IMG/VR virus record: IMGVR_UViG_3300032087_004567 | Origin: a virus | Strand: one strand, 5' to 3' | DNA length: 64,000 bases | Part shown: piece after piece, positions 27,314 through 36,940 of the stretch | Numbering within the stretch: position 1 is the stretch's first letter | Layout: each line of letters begins with the position of its first letter | Notes under the pieces: generated by a model | Seen by the model: the letters and a program-made list of their open reading frames with translations, nothing else | Told to the model about the DNA's origin: nothing | Database searches by the model: none | Translations under genes and position numbers: made by a program

Positions 27314-27532
27314 GTGATAATGGGATTTTTTTCTGATATGGATATAGAGTTAAAGAAATGCGATGTGTCGGATAAGGCACATCGTGTTCTAGAGGAAAAT
27401 GGTTTTAAACGTGGTAGTGAAGAATATTCTAAAGCGTTTAAACATTGGTTCGATTCAAAGTATCAATTTGAAGAGGCCGATTATTTTAAACATAGATTAG
27501 AAGATAGATTGAATAGAGGTGATAATGGGTAA
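27314..27532 (+). CDS. Early hypothetical protein, paralog of 19347 ORF
   Basis: MGFFSDMDIELK. Confidence 0.65.
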   Translation: MIMGFFSDMDIELKKCDVSDKAHRVLEENGFKRGSEEYSKAFKHWFDSKYQFEEADYFKHRLEDRLNRGDNG

Positions 27533-27612
27533 ATTTAATTTTTATAAGGCGGTTAATGTATATTGTTTTATTATGATATGGTCTGCAGCATTTTATTTAA
27601 TAGGTAAGTACT

Positions 27613-28347
27613 TTGGATAATTACGGTTATATTGATAATGTATTTAATGATAAGGATTATTCTAATTTTAAATTTTTAACTAATCTTCATCCTTACGAAA
27701 CCGGATATCATAAAGATTATCAAAAACGAATAAATGGTATACATCCTATCGGATGGGAATATTCAATGGATATTAACCAACCTGGAATTCCAGGTACATA
27801 TTATGATAGTAAATGTACACCACAGGTTGATATGAGACATACTATATCTAGTTTCTTCAGCCCTAAATCAGATATGTTTCCTATCCATAATTTTTTCTTA
27901 CAGAAAATACTAAACGAACATTTTCCACAATTTAAAGATTGGATTGTTGGTAGAATAAAGCTTAACCTTCAACTAAAAGATACTACATTTCCAGATGACT
28001 CGTATGGTGTACCCCATATCGATCACCATTTTGTTGCACCTGATGGTAGTTTAAGTAATGAAACACATTTATCAATAACATATTTCTTAAGTGATTCAGA
28101 TGGTGACCATTGTGTGTTTGATGCATCTGATCTATTCTATGAGGATCAAACTAAGCCATTAGATATGTTGGAAAGAATAAAATATAAAAAGAATAGACTT
28201 GTTTGGAATACCGGTCTCTATCATTCTAATGTGCACGTCAAGGAGCATGATTTTAGATGTGTAGTTAACTATGTTTTATTTCCAGGTGATAGATGGTTTA
28301 ATAATCAAGAGAAAACTATTATAGAAGGTAATAATCTTAAAAAATGA
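27613..28347 (+). CDS. 2OG-Fe(II) oxygenase-like protein
   Basis: RIKLNL, PHID, YFLSDSDGD, YHS, RCVVNY. Confidence 0.75.
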   Translation: MDNYGYIDNVFNDKDYSNFKFLTNLHPYETGYHKDYQKRINGIHPIGWEYSMDINQPGIPGTYYDSKCTPQVDMRHTISSFFSPKSDMFPIHNFFLQKILNEHFPQFKDWIVGRIKLNLQLKDTTFPDDSYGVPHIDHHFVAPDGSLSNETHLSITYFLSDSDGDHCVFDASDLFYEDQTKPLDMLERIKYKKNRLVWNTGLYHSNVHVKEHDFRCVVNYVLFPGDRWFNNQEKTIIEGNNLKK

Positions 28348-28482
28348 AACAATATAGATTAAATTTAGATGTTGATTATATTGGTATAATACTTTATAGT
28401 ATTAAAACTAATCCAATAAAATATTTGTTATTATTAAATTTTACTTTATTATTATCTTTATTTTTATTATTAAGGAATTATT

Positions 28483-29070
28483 TTGAATAATGTATATCTA
28501 TTAGGTCCACATTTTGAGTTCGATCTTAATTTAGACTTACAACAAATTTTAGCAGTAGTTGTAAAATGGGAACGTTTGTTATTACAATCTGGTATTAATT
28601 ATGATGAAGGTAATAAACGTTTTGATAACGGTTCATTAACTACTGCCTATCATAATCACTTTAATCTTCTAACGTACACTGATCCTATTATTATAAAGTT
28701 ATACAATAGATTAAGGGAAGAATCATTTAAAATATTATCTCATTCTGAATGTTATATGATTAAAAGCTGGATTAATATATATAAGCCAGGTGATTATATA
28801 TCCTATCATGGTCATATGACTCCAGACTATGATGCAATATACGGACATATAGGTATTAAGAATACTAATAATACATTCACAACATATAAAAATATGGAAA
28901 CCAATGAAACTGCCGATTGGGTAAATATGGATGGTAAAGGTCAATTAAGTAGACCTAATCTTACTAGACATAGATCTTGGCCTCAAGATTCAGAAAGAGT
29001 TACTATCGGCTTTGATGTTATTAACGTTAAACATATTAAGGAAAGAACAAACTATTGGGTGCCATTATGA
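28483..29070 (+). CDS. 2OG-Fe(II) oxygenase-like protein
   Basis: SWIN, YHGH, HRS, RVTIGFD. Confidence 0.7.
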   Translation: MNNVYLLGPHFEFDLNLDLQQILAVVVKWERLLLQSGINYDEGNKRFDNGSLTTAYHNHFNLLTYTDPIIIKLYNRLREESFKILSHSECYMIKSWINIYKPGDYISYHGHMTPDYDAIYGHIGIKNTNNTFTTYKNMETNETADWVNMDGKGQLSRPNLTRHRSWPQDSERVTIGFDVINVKHIKERTNYWVPL

Positions 29071-29100
29071 CATATTTTTTTAAAATAGAGGAACACAATT

Positions 29101-29340
29101 ATGAGATTAGTAAAATTATTATTAATTGTACTATGTTTTTCAGTTTTAGCGAAGGAGATCGATTGGAAAGAGATCGATTTACCACCTTTACCTTCTGATA
29201 GAATGTGGTGTTTGTGGACAAGTTATGAAAACATAACTGATTATGTTTACATGTGCACATACACTTGTGAGAACGGAATGTTGTTAAACATTCCTGGGGA
29301 TGGAAACTGTGCTAGAGCTGTTAAAGAGGATAGATGGTAA
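29101..29340 (+). CDS. Small exported Cys-rich protein
   Basis: Signal peptide, four Cys. Confidence 0.6.
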   Translation: MRLVKLLLIVLCFSVLAKEIDWKEIDLPPLPSDRMWCLWTSYENITDYVYMCTYTCENGMLLNIPGDGNCARAVKEDRW

Positions 29341-29564
29341 TGAGAGATAAATTTAGAATTATTGTAGATAAACTTGAAAAGTGGCTAACACCTCTTACTA
29401 AAGATGGACAAGTTGATAATCATTTTTTGATTTCTTTTTGTAAATCAGCAGTAAGAATAATTGCAGGGTTTTTACTTATGTGTGCTGGTAATGTATGGTT
29501 AGTATTCGCCGGCTTTTTATTCATATTTGCTGAACTTTTAGGAATTGCCGAAGAGATAGCTTAA
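29334..29564 (+). CDS. Small membrane protein
   Basis: HFLISFCKSAVRI...AELLGIAEE motif. Confidence 0.65.
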   Translation: MVMRDKFRIIVDKLEKWLTPLTKDGQVDNHFLISFCKSAVRIIAGFLLMCAGNVWLVFAGFLFIFAELLGIAEEIA

Positions 29565-29566
29565 CG

Positions 29567-29574
29567 TATAAATA
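29567..29574 (+). promoter_or_regulatory. T4 late promoter
   Basis: TATAAATA upstream of internal-protein cluster. Confidence 0.75.
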
Positions 29575-29601
29575 ATTATACTTTATAAAGGGTATAATAA
29601 A

Positions 29602-29856
29602 ATGAAAAAATTTAATCAATACGTAAAAGAAGATTTAGATTTAATCTTAGAGTTTAATAAGGTTGCAATGAGTGCAGCTAAAGATGCAATTGCAAAGAAG
29701 ATGAGCCATAAACAAGCACAAGACCATGTTCATAATACAGTAATGAAGCATAGTAAGTCTAAGTCACCACAAGGTGCAGGTGGTGCTGTTTCAAGGATAA
29801 GAATCAATCAAGCATTAGATAAGGCTGACGATCATTTAGCTAAGCATTATGGCTGA
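29602..29856 (+). CDS. Putative internal head protein
   Basis: CTS-like MKKFNQYVKE, second ILE site, Glu-free basic mature part. Confidence 0.65.
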   Translation: MKKFNQYVKEDLDLILEFNKVAMSAAKDAIAKKMSHKQAQDHVHNTVMKHSKSKSPQGAGGAVSRIRINQALDKADDHLAKHYG

Positions 29857-30637
29857 TTTTGATCTTGCTTATATTAATAAGATAACCAAGACAGTAGCCA
29901 ATTTATTTCTTAAACAATCTGACGTTGGTAATAATTTAAGTGCAAAACATAAGCATAGTATTCAACATGCAGTCAATGATAGATTTTTTGGTGTAGATGA
30001 CCATACACATATTGGTAAAAATAGTTCATCTAATATTACAAGTCAGGAAATTAATGCTGCTATAGATTTTTATAAGAAAGCAAATTCTGAATCATTTAAA
30101 TACATTTATGATTATAGATTTAATGTTCAAGGTATTGGAAGAGGTGAGTTTTTTATTTTTCTTTTATATGATAAAGCAAGACTAGGGGGATCAGGTGCCG
30201 CAGCTGCTGATATAAGTGTTGGTAGTAAGACATATGAAGTAAAAGAAGTACCAATTAATAGTAGAAAGCTAATTTCTAATCTAAAGACTGGTGGCGGTGG
30301 TGATAATTTTGAATACTCAAAATATATAAAGAGATTTTATGATATAGGTAAATCATTAGGTTTTGATAAAAGAGCACCTGGTGGTACAGAATTTACTTTA
30401 AGAGCAATATCTAGAAAATCATTAGAGGAAATGAGAAAAGATAGTAACGTTGCATATATGAGAGCACTCAACGATTTTAAAAAAGATATTGTTAATAGTT
30501 ATTTTAAAGGTCATCCTATTATTTGGATGGATAAAAATAAAGAACGTTGTATTGATGTAGTTGAAATAACTGAGAAGCATATCCCAGATATTCAAGTAAT
30601 TACACAAAGTATAATAAAACCATTTATTCAGTTATAA
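29849..30637 (+). CDS. Putative PD-(D/E)xK restriction-like nuclease
   Basis: GIGRGE...ADISVGSKTYEVK. Confidence 0.5.
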   Translation: MADFDLAYINKITKTVANLFLKQSDVGNNLSAKHKHSIQHAVNDRFFGVDDHTHIGKNSSSNITSQEINAAIDFYKKANSESFKYIYDYRFNVQGIGRGEFFIFLLYDKARLGGSGAAAADISVGSKTYEVKEVPINSRKLISNLKTGGGGDNFEYSKYIKRFYDIGKSLGFDKRAPGGTEFTLRAISRKSLEEMRKDSNVAYMRALNDFKKDIVNSYFKGHPIIWMDKNKERCIDVVEITEKHIPDIQVITQSIIKPFIQL

Positions 30638-30639
30638 GT

Positions 30640-31833
30640 ATGTTAAATTTTAAATTTTTTCTTACAGAGGCAGTATCAAATGAATCTAAATTAACACATT
30701 TAGAGCATGCTGAAGATCATGTAATTAATTCTGGTGAGAAAGGATTCTCTCATGCATTTCATAATTTAAAAGATGTGCATGATAAGCTATCTGGTAAACA
30801 TAACAATACAACTATTACATCAAAATACGATGGTAGTCCTTCTATTGTATTTGGACATCATCCTAAAACAAAAAAGTTCTTTGTAGGAACTAAATCAGTA
30901 TTTAATAAAGATCCAAAAATTAATCATACAAATGATGACGTAGATAAAAATCATGGACATGCACCTGCACTTGCACATAAATTAAAACATGCATTAAAAC
31001 ATCTACCAAAAGTTACCCCTAAAGGTAAAATATATCAAGCTGATCTAATGCATCATGGTGTTAAATCAGATACTAACAAACATGGAGATGTGGAGCATAG
31101 ACATGGTAAACTTCATTTTAAGCCTAATACCATTAGTTATAGTACTCATAGTCATAGTGATGAAGGAAAGAAAATAAGTAAGTCAAAGATTGGAATAGTA
31201 CCTCATACAGAATATAAAGGTCATGATTTAACTTCGATGAAAGCACATTATAATGCTGATGTATCTAAGATGCATAGTCATGAACATGTTCATGTAATAT
31301 CACCACACTTTGATCATAAGAAGGTAAAGTATACAGAAGAACATAAAAAAGCATTTCATAAACATTTGAATGCTGCAACAAAGAGTTTTAATAATGCACA
31401 TAGAGATTTTCATAAGCATGTTGAACCACATACAACACATTTAAAGACATATATTAATCATACTATACGTCATGATACTAAACCAAATATTAACGGATAT
31501 AAGAATCATTTAAGTAGACATTATAATAAAAAAGCAGATGCTGTAAAAACAGATGCTGCAAAACAACGACATCTTAACGTATTAGGCCAACATCATGCAC
31601 ATGTAGATAAACATGTTAATCATTTCAAATCTACATTAAGTATGCATCATCATTTACAACATGCAAAGAATACATTAGTAAACGCACTTAACTCTCATAC
31701 TAAATACCATCATCATATTGCTGGTATTAAGACTAAACCAGAAGGATATGTTGTTTCTCGAAATAATAGACCTACTAAATTAGTACATAGACATGAGTTT
31801 TCTAGGGCAAATTTTTTAAGACAAAGTAGTTGA
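30640..31833 (+). CDS. His-rich RNA/DNA ligase-like nucleotidyltransferase with capsid-targeting leader (DUF6267-like)
   Basis: MLNFKFFLTE leader; motif I SKYDG, motif IV PEGYVV, motif V TKLV; about 60 His in 397 aa. Confidence 0.6.
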   Translation: MLNFKFFLTEAVSNESKLTHLEHAEDHVINSGEKGFSHAFHNLKDVHDKLSGKHNNTTITSKYDGSPSIVFGHHPKTKKFFVGTKSVFNKDPKINHTNDDVDKNHGHAPALAHKLKHALKHLPKVTPKGKIYQADLMHHGVKSDTNKHGDVEHRHGKLHFKPNTISYSTHSHSDEGKKISKSKIGIVPHTEYKGHDLTSMKAHYNADVSKMHSHEHVHVISPHFDHKKVKYTEEHKKAFHKHLNAATKSFNNAHRDFHKHVEPHTTHLKTYINHTIRHDTKPNINGYKNHLSRHYNKKADAVKTDAAKQRHLNVLGQHHAHVDKHVNHFKSTLSMHHHLQHAKNTLVNALNSHTKYHHHIAGIKTKPEGYVVSRNNRPTKLVHRHEFSRANFLRQSS

Positions 31834-31858
31834 TTTAATTTAGGAATTATCATATAAT
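31830..31858 (+). promoter_or_regulatory. Phage promoter, predicted leaderless transcript
   Basis: TTGATT-17-TATAAT, ATG at 31865 six nt downstream. Confidence 0.75.
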
Positions 31859-31864
31859 AATAAT

Positions 31865-32488
31865 ATGAAGACTTTAAAAGAATTTAGACAACAATTACAA
31901 GAAAAGGTAAAGTCACTTCATGCATTTGACTTAGATGATACTGTATTTAAAAGTCCTCATCTTAAAGTACATGTTAAAAACGAACATGGTAAAAGAGTTA
32001 AATCATTAGATACACATCAATTTAGTCATCATAGTCAAAAGCCTTTACCTAAAGGTCATAAGTATGACTTTAGTGATTTTGCATCATCAAAGAAATTTCA
32101 TCAGCATGCAAAACCTATTCATAAAATGATTAGTAGAATGAGATTGCATACTGCAAATAAAAATAGTAAAGTTATTATTAGTACTGCAAGAGCTAATATG
32201 GATGATAAGCATAAGTTTTTACACACTCTTAAAAAACATGGTATTAATACTAAAAAAGTTCATGTAGTTAGACATGGAGATATGAAAGGTGGTTCTACTG
32301 GTGAAAAGAAAAGACTTACCTTTAGTGGATATATTAAAAAGCATAAAGTAAAGGATGCACATTTTTACGATGATGATAAGAATAATTTAAAGCATGTTTT
32401 ATCATTAAAGAAAAAACATCCCAATACTAGAATTTATGGCCATCATGCACAATCAGATGGCTCAACAAAACCTTATAGTGGAGATTAG
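31865..32488 (+). CDS. His-rich HAD-superfamily phosphatase with capsid-targeting leader
   Basis: MKTLKEFRQQLQE leader; FDLDDT, STAR, K, FYDD HAD motifs. Confidence 0.75.
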   Translation: MKTLKEFRQQLQEKVKSLHAFDLDDTVFKSPHLKVHVKNEHGKRVKSLDTHQFSHHSQKPLPKGHKYDFSDFASSKKFHQHAKPIHKMISRMRLHTANKNSKVIISTARANMDDKHKFLHTLKKHGINTKKVHVVRHGDMKGGSTGEKKRLTFSGYIKKHKVKDAHFYDDDKNNLKHVLSLKKKHPNTRIYGHHAQSDGSTKPYSGD

Positions 32489-32491
32489 ATT

Positions 32492-32638
32492 ATGGCAAAA
32501 AAATTTGGTGTTACAGTAGTAATTGATCACGTAAAAAAGAAAACAAGTATTAGTGGTAATCATAGTATGTGTAAAACAGCTACTATGAATAAAAGTAAAA
32601 AACGTAGTTATAAAAGATATAGAGGACAAGGTAGATAA
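32492..32638 (+). CDS. Small basic conserved T4-like protein (48 aa, not in ORF track)
   Basis: Ends MNKSKKRSYKRYRGQGR; precedes PAAR gene. Confidence 0.7.
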   Translation: MAKKFGVTVVIDHVKKKTSISGNHSMCKTATMNKSKKRSYKRYRGQGR

Positions 32639-32955
32639 TGCCAGCAGCAGCAAGAGCAGATGGAGTTGATTCAGTAGATAGCCCAGATGGAACTGGTGAT
32701 AAATGTTTATCACCTACAACCCAGGCAACCGATACAGGATCAGGAGATGTGTTTATAAACGGACATGGTGCAATACGATTATTAACAGATAGTTGTACAC
32801 CTCATTCAGGTCCAGGTTGTGTAACGCATGCACCAGTACTTACTTCAGCTAGTCCAAACGTTTATGTTAATGGTAAAGGTGCTGGTAGAAAAGATGATCA
32901 ATATGCAGCACATGTTATTACAACTGGATCAGGAGATGTGTTTATAAATGGCTAG
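32638..32955 (+). CDS. PAAR-motif baseplate spike tip (gp5.4-like)
   Basis: MPAAAR, GSGDVFING repeats, His/Cys metal ligands. Confidence 0.85.
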   Translation: MPAAARADGVDSVDSPDGTGDKCLSPTTQATDTGSGDVFINGHGAIRLLTDSCTPHSGPGCVTHAPVLTSASPNVYVNGKGAGRKDDQYAAHVITTGSGDVFING

Positions 32956-33673
32956 AAATTATCTTAATAATGAATTTATAAAGGTTGTAAGAGGATTTGT
33001 ACAAGGTGCATATTCTGTAAATAAGTTTGGTTATAATCCTGCAATTCCAACTAATGCATTTGAAACAGTTTGGGATGGATCAAATTTATACACTTACATT
33101 TCAACAGCTAGTACAGCAACTGTTACTTCGTCTAATACAGCTGCCGATAATGGTGGTACAGTTAAAGTTTCTGGTTTAGATGCTAACTATAATTTAGTAG
33201 ATGAAGTATTAACTATTGGTGGTGCTGCTGGATCAATTAATTTTTATAGAGTTTTCAGAGTAGAACTGTTATCATCTACTACGGCTGATACAAATGTTGG
33301 TACACTTACTGTTACTGTTGATAGTATAGCGGCTGCTATTGTGAGTCCTGAAAGAGGCCAAACATTAATGGCATTATATACAATTCCTGCTGGTAAAAAA
33401 GGTTACATTGTACAATTAGATATAGCTAGTAGTGCAAGTGGTGAAATTGATGTGACCTTACTTACGAGAAATGGTTCCAGTAATGTATGGGCAACAAAAG
33501 AATTTTTAACCATTAGAGGTGGTTTTAATGAAAAGAATTTTATATTACCCCTAGAAGTAAATGAAAAGACTGATATAGAAGTAAGAGCTAAATCAAGTGC
33601 AACTGCTGCTATAAGTTCAGGATTTGAAATGATAGTTATAGACGTTCCAGTTGTAGCGCCGAGTATATACTAA
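32948..33673 (+). CDS. Virion structural protein (putative)
   Basis: VNKFGYN, ETVWDG, GLDANY, QTLMALYTIPAGK. Confidence 0.55.
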   Translation: MARNYLNNEFIKVVRGFVQGAYSVNKFGYNPAIPTNAFETVWDGSNLYTYISTASTATVTSSNTAADNGGTVKVSGLDANYNLVDEVLTIGGAAGSINFYRVFRVELLSSTTADTNVGTLTVTVDSIAAAIVSPERGQTLMALYTIPAGKKGYIVQLDIASSASGEIDVTLLTRNGSSNVWATKEFLTIRGGFNEKNFILPLEVNEKTDIEVRAKSSATAAISSGFEMIVIDVPVVAPSIY

Positions 33674-33975
33674 TGAAACCAGGAACAGATTTTTTAAGAA
33701 ATTTAGCAGTAGCATGTGTACCTTTACTTCTTGCTGCACTAGGCTATCTTTTTACTAATGCATTAACATTACATGATAAAGTAAGAGTATTAGAACAAAA
33801 GATGTCAATACTAATTGATATGGATAATAAGATTATTCCATCACCTGGTAATGCTATTGCAAGATTAGAATTAAAAGAACAATTATTGATAGAAAAAAAT
33901 GAGATTGATAAGAGAATTCATATCTTAGAATATCATATCGATAAATTGTTAAAGGAGAAAGACTCTAAAGAGTAG
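33673..33975 (+). CDS. Membrane-anchored coiled-coil protein
   Basis: N-terminal TM. Confidence 0.55.
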   Translation: MKPGTDFLRNLAVACVPLLLAALGYLFTNALTLHDKVRVLEQKMSILIDMDNKIIPSPGNAIARLELKEQLLIEKNEIDKRIHILEYHIDKLLKEKDSKE

Positions 33976-33978
33976 AAT

Positions 33979-33986
33979 TATAAATA
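33979..33986 (+). promoter_or_regulatory. T4 late promoter
   Basis: TATAAATA. Confidence 0.75.
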
Positions 33987-33998
33987 TAACATACCTAG

Positions 33999-36662
33999 AT
34001 GTTAGGCCAAGGCAAACCCCTAGAGGAAAATATGGATAAAGAAGAAAAGAAAGTAGTCGATAAAAAGACTACTAAAAATAATAAAAAGAGCGAAATAGTG
34101 GTCGCACCAGAACTCAATAAAGTTGAGGAAGCAAAAGGAAAAGAATCTACAGGTGTTCTTTCATTTGGTAGATTTAACCCACCAACAACCGGTCACGAAA
34201 AACTATTAGACAAAGTACATAGTGTTGCAAAAGAACATAATGCAATGGCACATGTCTATGCATCACACACAGAAGGAAACGCAAAGAATCCTTTACCACA
34301 AGAAAAGAAGATTGGTTATCTTAAAAAGGTAGCACATAAAGATGTTAATGTGTATGGCTCATCAAAAGAAAAACCAACTATACTACATGCTGCAAAAGAT
34401 TTACATGATCATGGTCACAAGCATTTAGTTGTTGTTGCCGGTCAGGATAGAGTAGATCATTTTCATTCCTTATTAAACAAATATAACGGCCATAAAGATC
34501 ATTATAATTTTAGTTCTATTAAAGTTGTATCATCAGGTGATAGAGATCCAGATACAGAAGGAACAAAAGGTATATCAGGAACTAAAATGAGAGCACATGC
34601 AAGAGCTGGCAATCATAACGAATTTAAAAAAGGTTTACCTAAAGCATTACACCCACATGCAAAAGAAATAGCAAATCATATCAAGTCAATAAAAGAAGGA
34701 TTGCATGAGGAGTTAATTGAGGCTGCATTAGATATTGTTCAAAGAAGAAAAAGAGCAATGGCATTAAGAAGACGTATGCCTAGAATGCAAAGAAGAAGAA
34801 TGCTATTAGTTAAACGTTTTGCCGATCAAAAGAAACTACAAACTAGGGCGCGTAAAGTTGCAAGACAATTAGTTAGATCAAGAGTTGCAGGTAAAAGAGG
34901 TGCTGAGTATCATAAATTAACTCCTGCTGCAAAACAAGAAGTAGATAAGAAACTAGAGAGTAAAAAGAAACTAATTAACCTAGTAGCTAAAAGAATATTT
35001 GCTAAAGTAAGAAGAAGAGAGGCTGAAAGAGTACAAAGAGCAAGAGGTGCAAAACCAGCACAAAAAACTAAACTTACTTTAAGTCAAGAGTATGATAATT
35101 TAAATAGCTTGTTTGAGAAAGTATCTACAAAAGTAAGACAAGACAAAGATATAGCAGATAGAAAAGGTACACAACCGGCAAAGTATCATAAAGGTTTAGC
35201 ACCATCAACTAAAGCTGCTAGAGATGCCCAGTTTAAAAAACAAGCTAAAATGGATGACAAGAATCCAGCAGCATACAAACCAGCACCAGGTGATGCAACT
35301 GCAAAAACTAAACCATCAGTGTATACAAAAATGTATAAAGATATGTTTGGTGAAGTTTTAAACTATGATACGTTTAATTCTTTATTTGAAAAAGTTGCTG
35401 ACGAAACATTAAAAGAATTAGGTCCAAGAAGAAGAGCTAGGAGAGTTGGTTATTATCCTAAACCTAAAAAACCTTTACCTAAAGTATCACAAGTTAAAAA
35501 TATAAATCCAGAAGAAGAAATAACTGAAAAGTCTATGGAAGCTTTAAAATCAAAAGCATCTAAATCAGGTTATTCTTATAAGACACTTAAGAAGGTTTAT
35601 GATAGAGGTGTTGCTGCATGGAAGACAGGTCATAGACCAGGTACTACACCACAGCAATGGGGTTATGGTAGAGTAAATGCATTTATTGCAAAACAAAAAT
35701 CAGGTAAGAAGTTAGATCATGATACTGATTTAGCTAATGAGTATATACCTGAACAAGCTCAACAAAATTATAATACACCAGCTGCAGATCATAAAGCTGA
35801 TAAGATATATCCATATCAAGCTGCAATAAAAGATTTAGATTTAAATACTAAGAATAGAAATAAGACTATTAAAGAATATGATTATGGTCCAGCTAATCCA
35901 GAATCAGAAGAGCATACTAAAATGTATTGGGAAAAGAAAGCTGACTTATGGGGCTGTTCTATTGAGATGGTTAAGACAATGAGATGTATGAATTGTGCTG
36001 CTTTCGATCAGAAACCTCAAACATTAAGGTTAATGGCAGATGGTATTGGACCAGATGGAATGAAAATAGTTAAGAATGCCAATTTAGGCTTTTGTGAATT
36101 ATTCGAATTTAAATGTGCAGGGAATAGAACTTGTGATGCATGGGTAGGAGGAGGACCTCTTAAAGAGTCTGAGTATATACCAGAAAGAGGAAGTGACTAT
36201 TTACGATTAGCAAATGTCTCTATGAAAAAAGGAGATATGAAAAAAGCTATTATGTATAGAAGAGCTGCTGCAGCTGCTGAAAGAGGGGATCAAACAACTC
36301 TTCAAGCAGTACTACAACAGATTAGAAATCTAGCAGGTAGTGGTACGATACATCATGAAAGTAAACAATTAGAAGAATCATTTATTGTCGACCGTTCAAG
36401 TGGTTATAGTGTAACCTATACAGCAAAGGATTTAGGTATACAAACACAAGGTGGTTTTGCTTTACATCCATCAGTTATAGATGAAATGGAAGAAAATTTT
36501 ATGGATGGTAAGAACCCACAAGATAAAGGTGATATGGCAAGACACGGACTTAAAGGTAAATCTATAAGTCAGTTAAAGAAGATAAGATCATCTGATTCAG
36601 CATCACCAAGAAAGAAACAATTAGCACATTGGTATATTAATATGCATAAGGGTAAGAAGTAA
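33999..36662 (+). CDS. Multidomain polyprotein-like head protein with N-terminal NadM/cytidylyltransferase-like domain
   Basis: FGRFNPPTTGH and ISGTKMR motifs; domains separated by xxE linkers; likely start 34032. Confidence 0.75.
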   Translation: MLGQGKPLEENMDKEEKKVVDKKTTKNNKKSEIVVAPELNKVEEAKGKESTGVLSFGRFNPPTTGHEKLLDKVHSVAKEHNAMAHVYASHTEGNAKNPLPQEKKIGYLKKVAHKDVNVYGSSKEKPTILHAAKDLHDHGHKHLVVVAGQDRVDHFHSLLNKYNGHKDHYNFSSIKVVSSGDRDPDTEGTKGISGTKMRAHARAGNHNEFKKGLPKALHPHAKEIANHIKSIKEGLHEELIEAALDIVQRRKRAMALRRRMPRMQRRRMLLVKRFADQKKLQTRARKVARQLVRSRVAGKRGAEYHKLTPAAKQEVDKKLESKKKLINLVAKRIFAKVRRREAERVQRARGAKPAQKTKLTLSQEYDNLNSLFEKVSTKVRQDKDIADRKGTQPAKYHKGLAPSTKAARDAQFKKQAKMDDKNPAAYKPAPGDATAKTKPSVYTKMYKDMFGEVLNYDTFNSLFEKVADETLKELGPRRRARRVGYYPKPKKPLPKVSQVKNINPEEEITEKSMEALKSKASKSGYSYKTLKKVYDRGVAAWKTGHRPGTTPQQWGYGRVNAFIAKQKSGKKLDHDTDLANEYIPEQAQQNYNTPAADHKADKIYPYQAAIKDLDLNTKNRNKTIKEYDYGPANPESEEHTKMYWEKKADLWGCSIEMVKTMRCMNCAAFDQKPQTLRLMADGIGPDGMKIVKNANLGFCELFEFKCAGNRTCDAWVGGGPLKESEYIPERGSDYLRLANVSMKKGDMKKAIMYRRAAAAAERGDQTTLQAVLQQIRNLAGSGTIHHESKQLEESFIVDRSSGYSVTYTAKDLGIQTQGGFALHPSVIDEMEENFMDGKNPQDKGDMARHGLKGKSISQLKKIRSSDSASPRKKQLAHWYINMHKGKK

Positions 36663-36940
36663 TGTTATCATTTAAAGAATTTAGAAATATAGAAGAGGCA
36701 GAATATCAAGGTAGAAAAGTATCTTTAGGTAAGCCATTTAGAACACCAGGTGGTCCTAAAAAGTCTGCTGTATATGTTAGAAATGAAAAAGGTAATGTAG
36801 TAAAAGTTACTTTTGGAGATCCTAATATGAAGATTAAGAAAAATATTCCTGCTAGAAGAAAATCATTCAGGGCAAGACATAATTGTGATAACCCTGGACC
36901 TAAAACAAAAGCAAGATATTGGAGTTGCAAGGCATGGTAA
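36662..36940 (+). CDS. Putative internal head protein (conserved KSFRARHNC...YWSC family)
   Basis: CTS-like MLSFKEFRNIEE; basic domain. Confidence 0.7.
   Translation: MLSFKEFRNIEEAEYQGRKVSLGKPFRTPGGPKKSAVYVRNEKGNVVKVTFGDPNMKIKKNIPARRKSFRARHNCDNPGPKTKARYWSCKAW

Noticed and set aside
31865-32488. HAD protein as the missing GmhB of the heptose pathway
   Set aside because: Lacks the GmhB DRDG and CxH/CxCRKP motifs, lies over 20 kb away and carries a capsid-targeting-like leader
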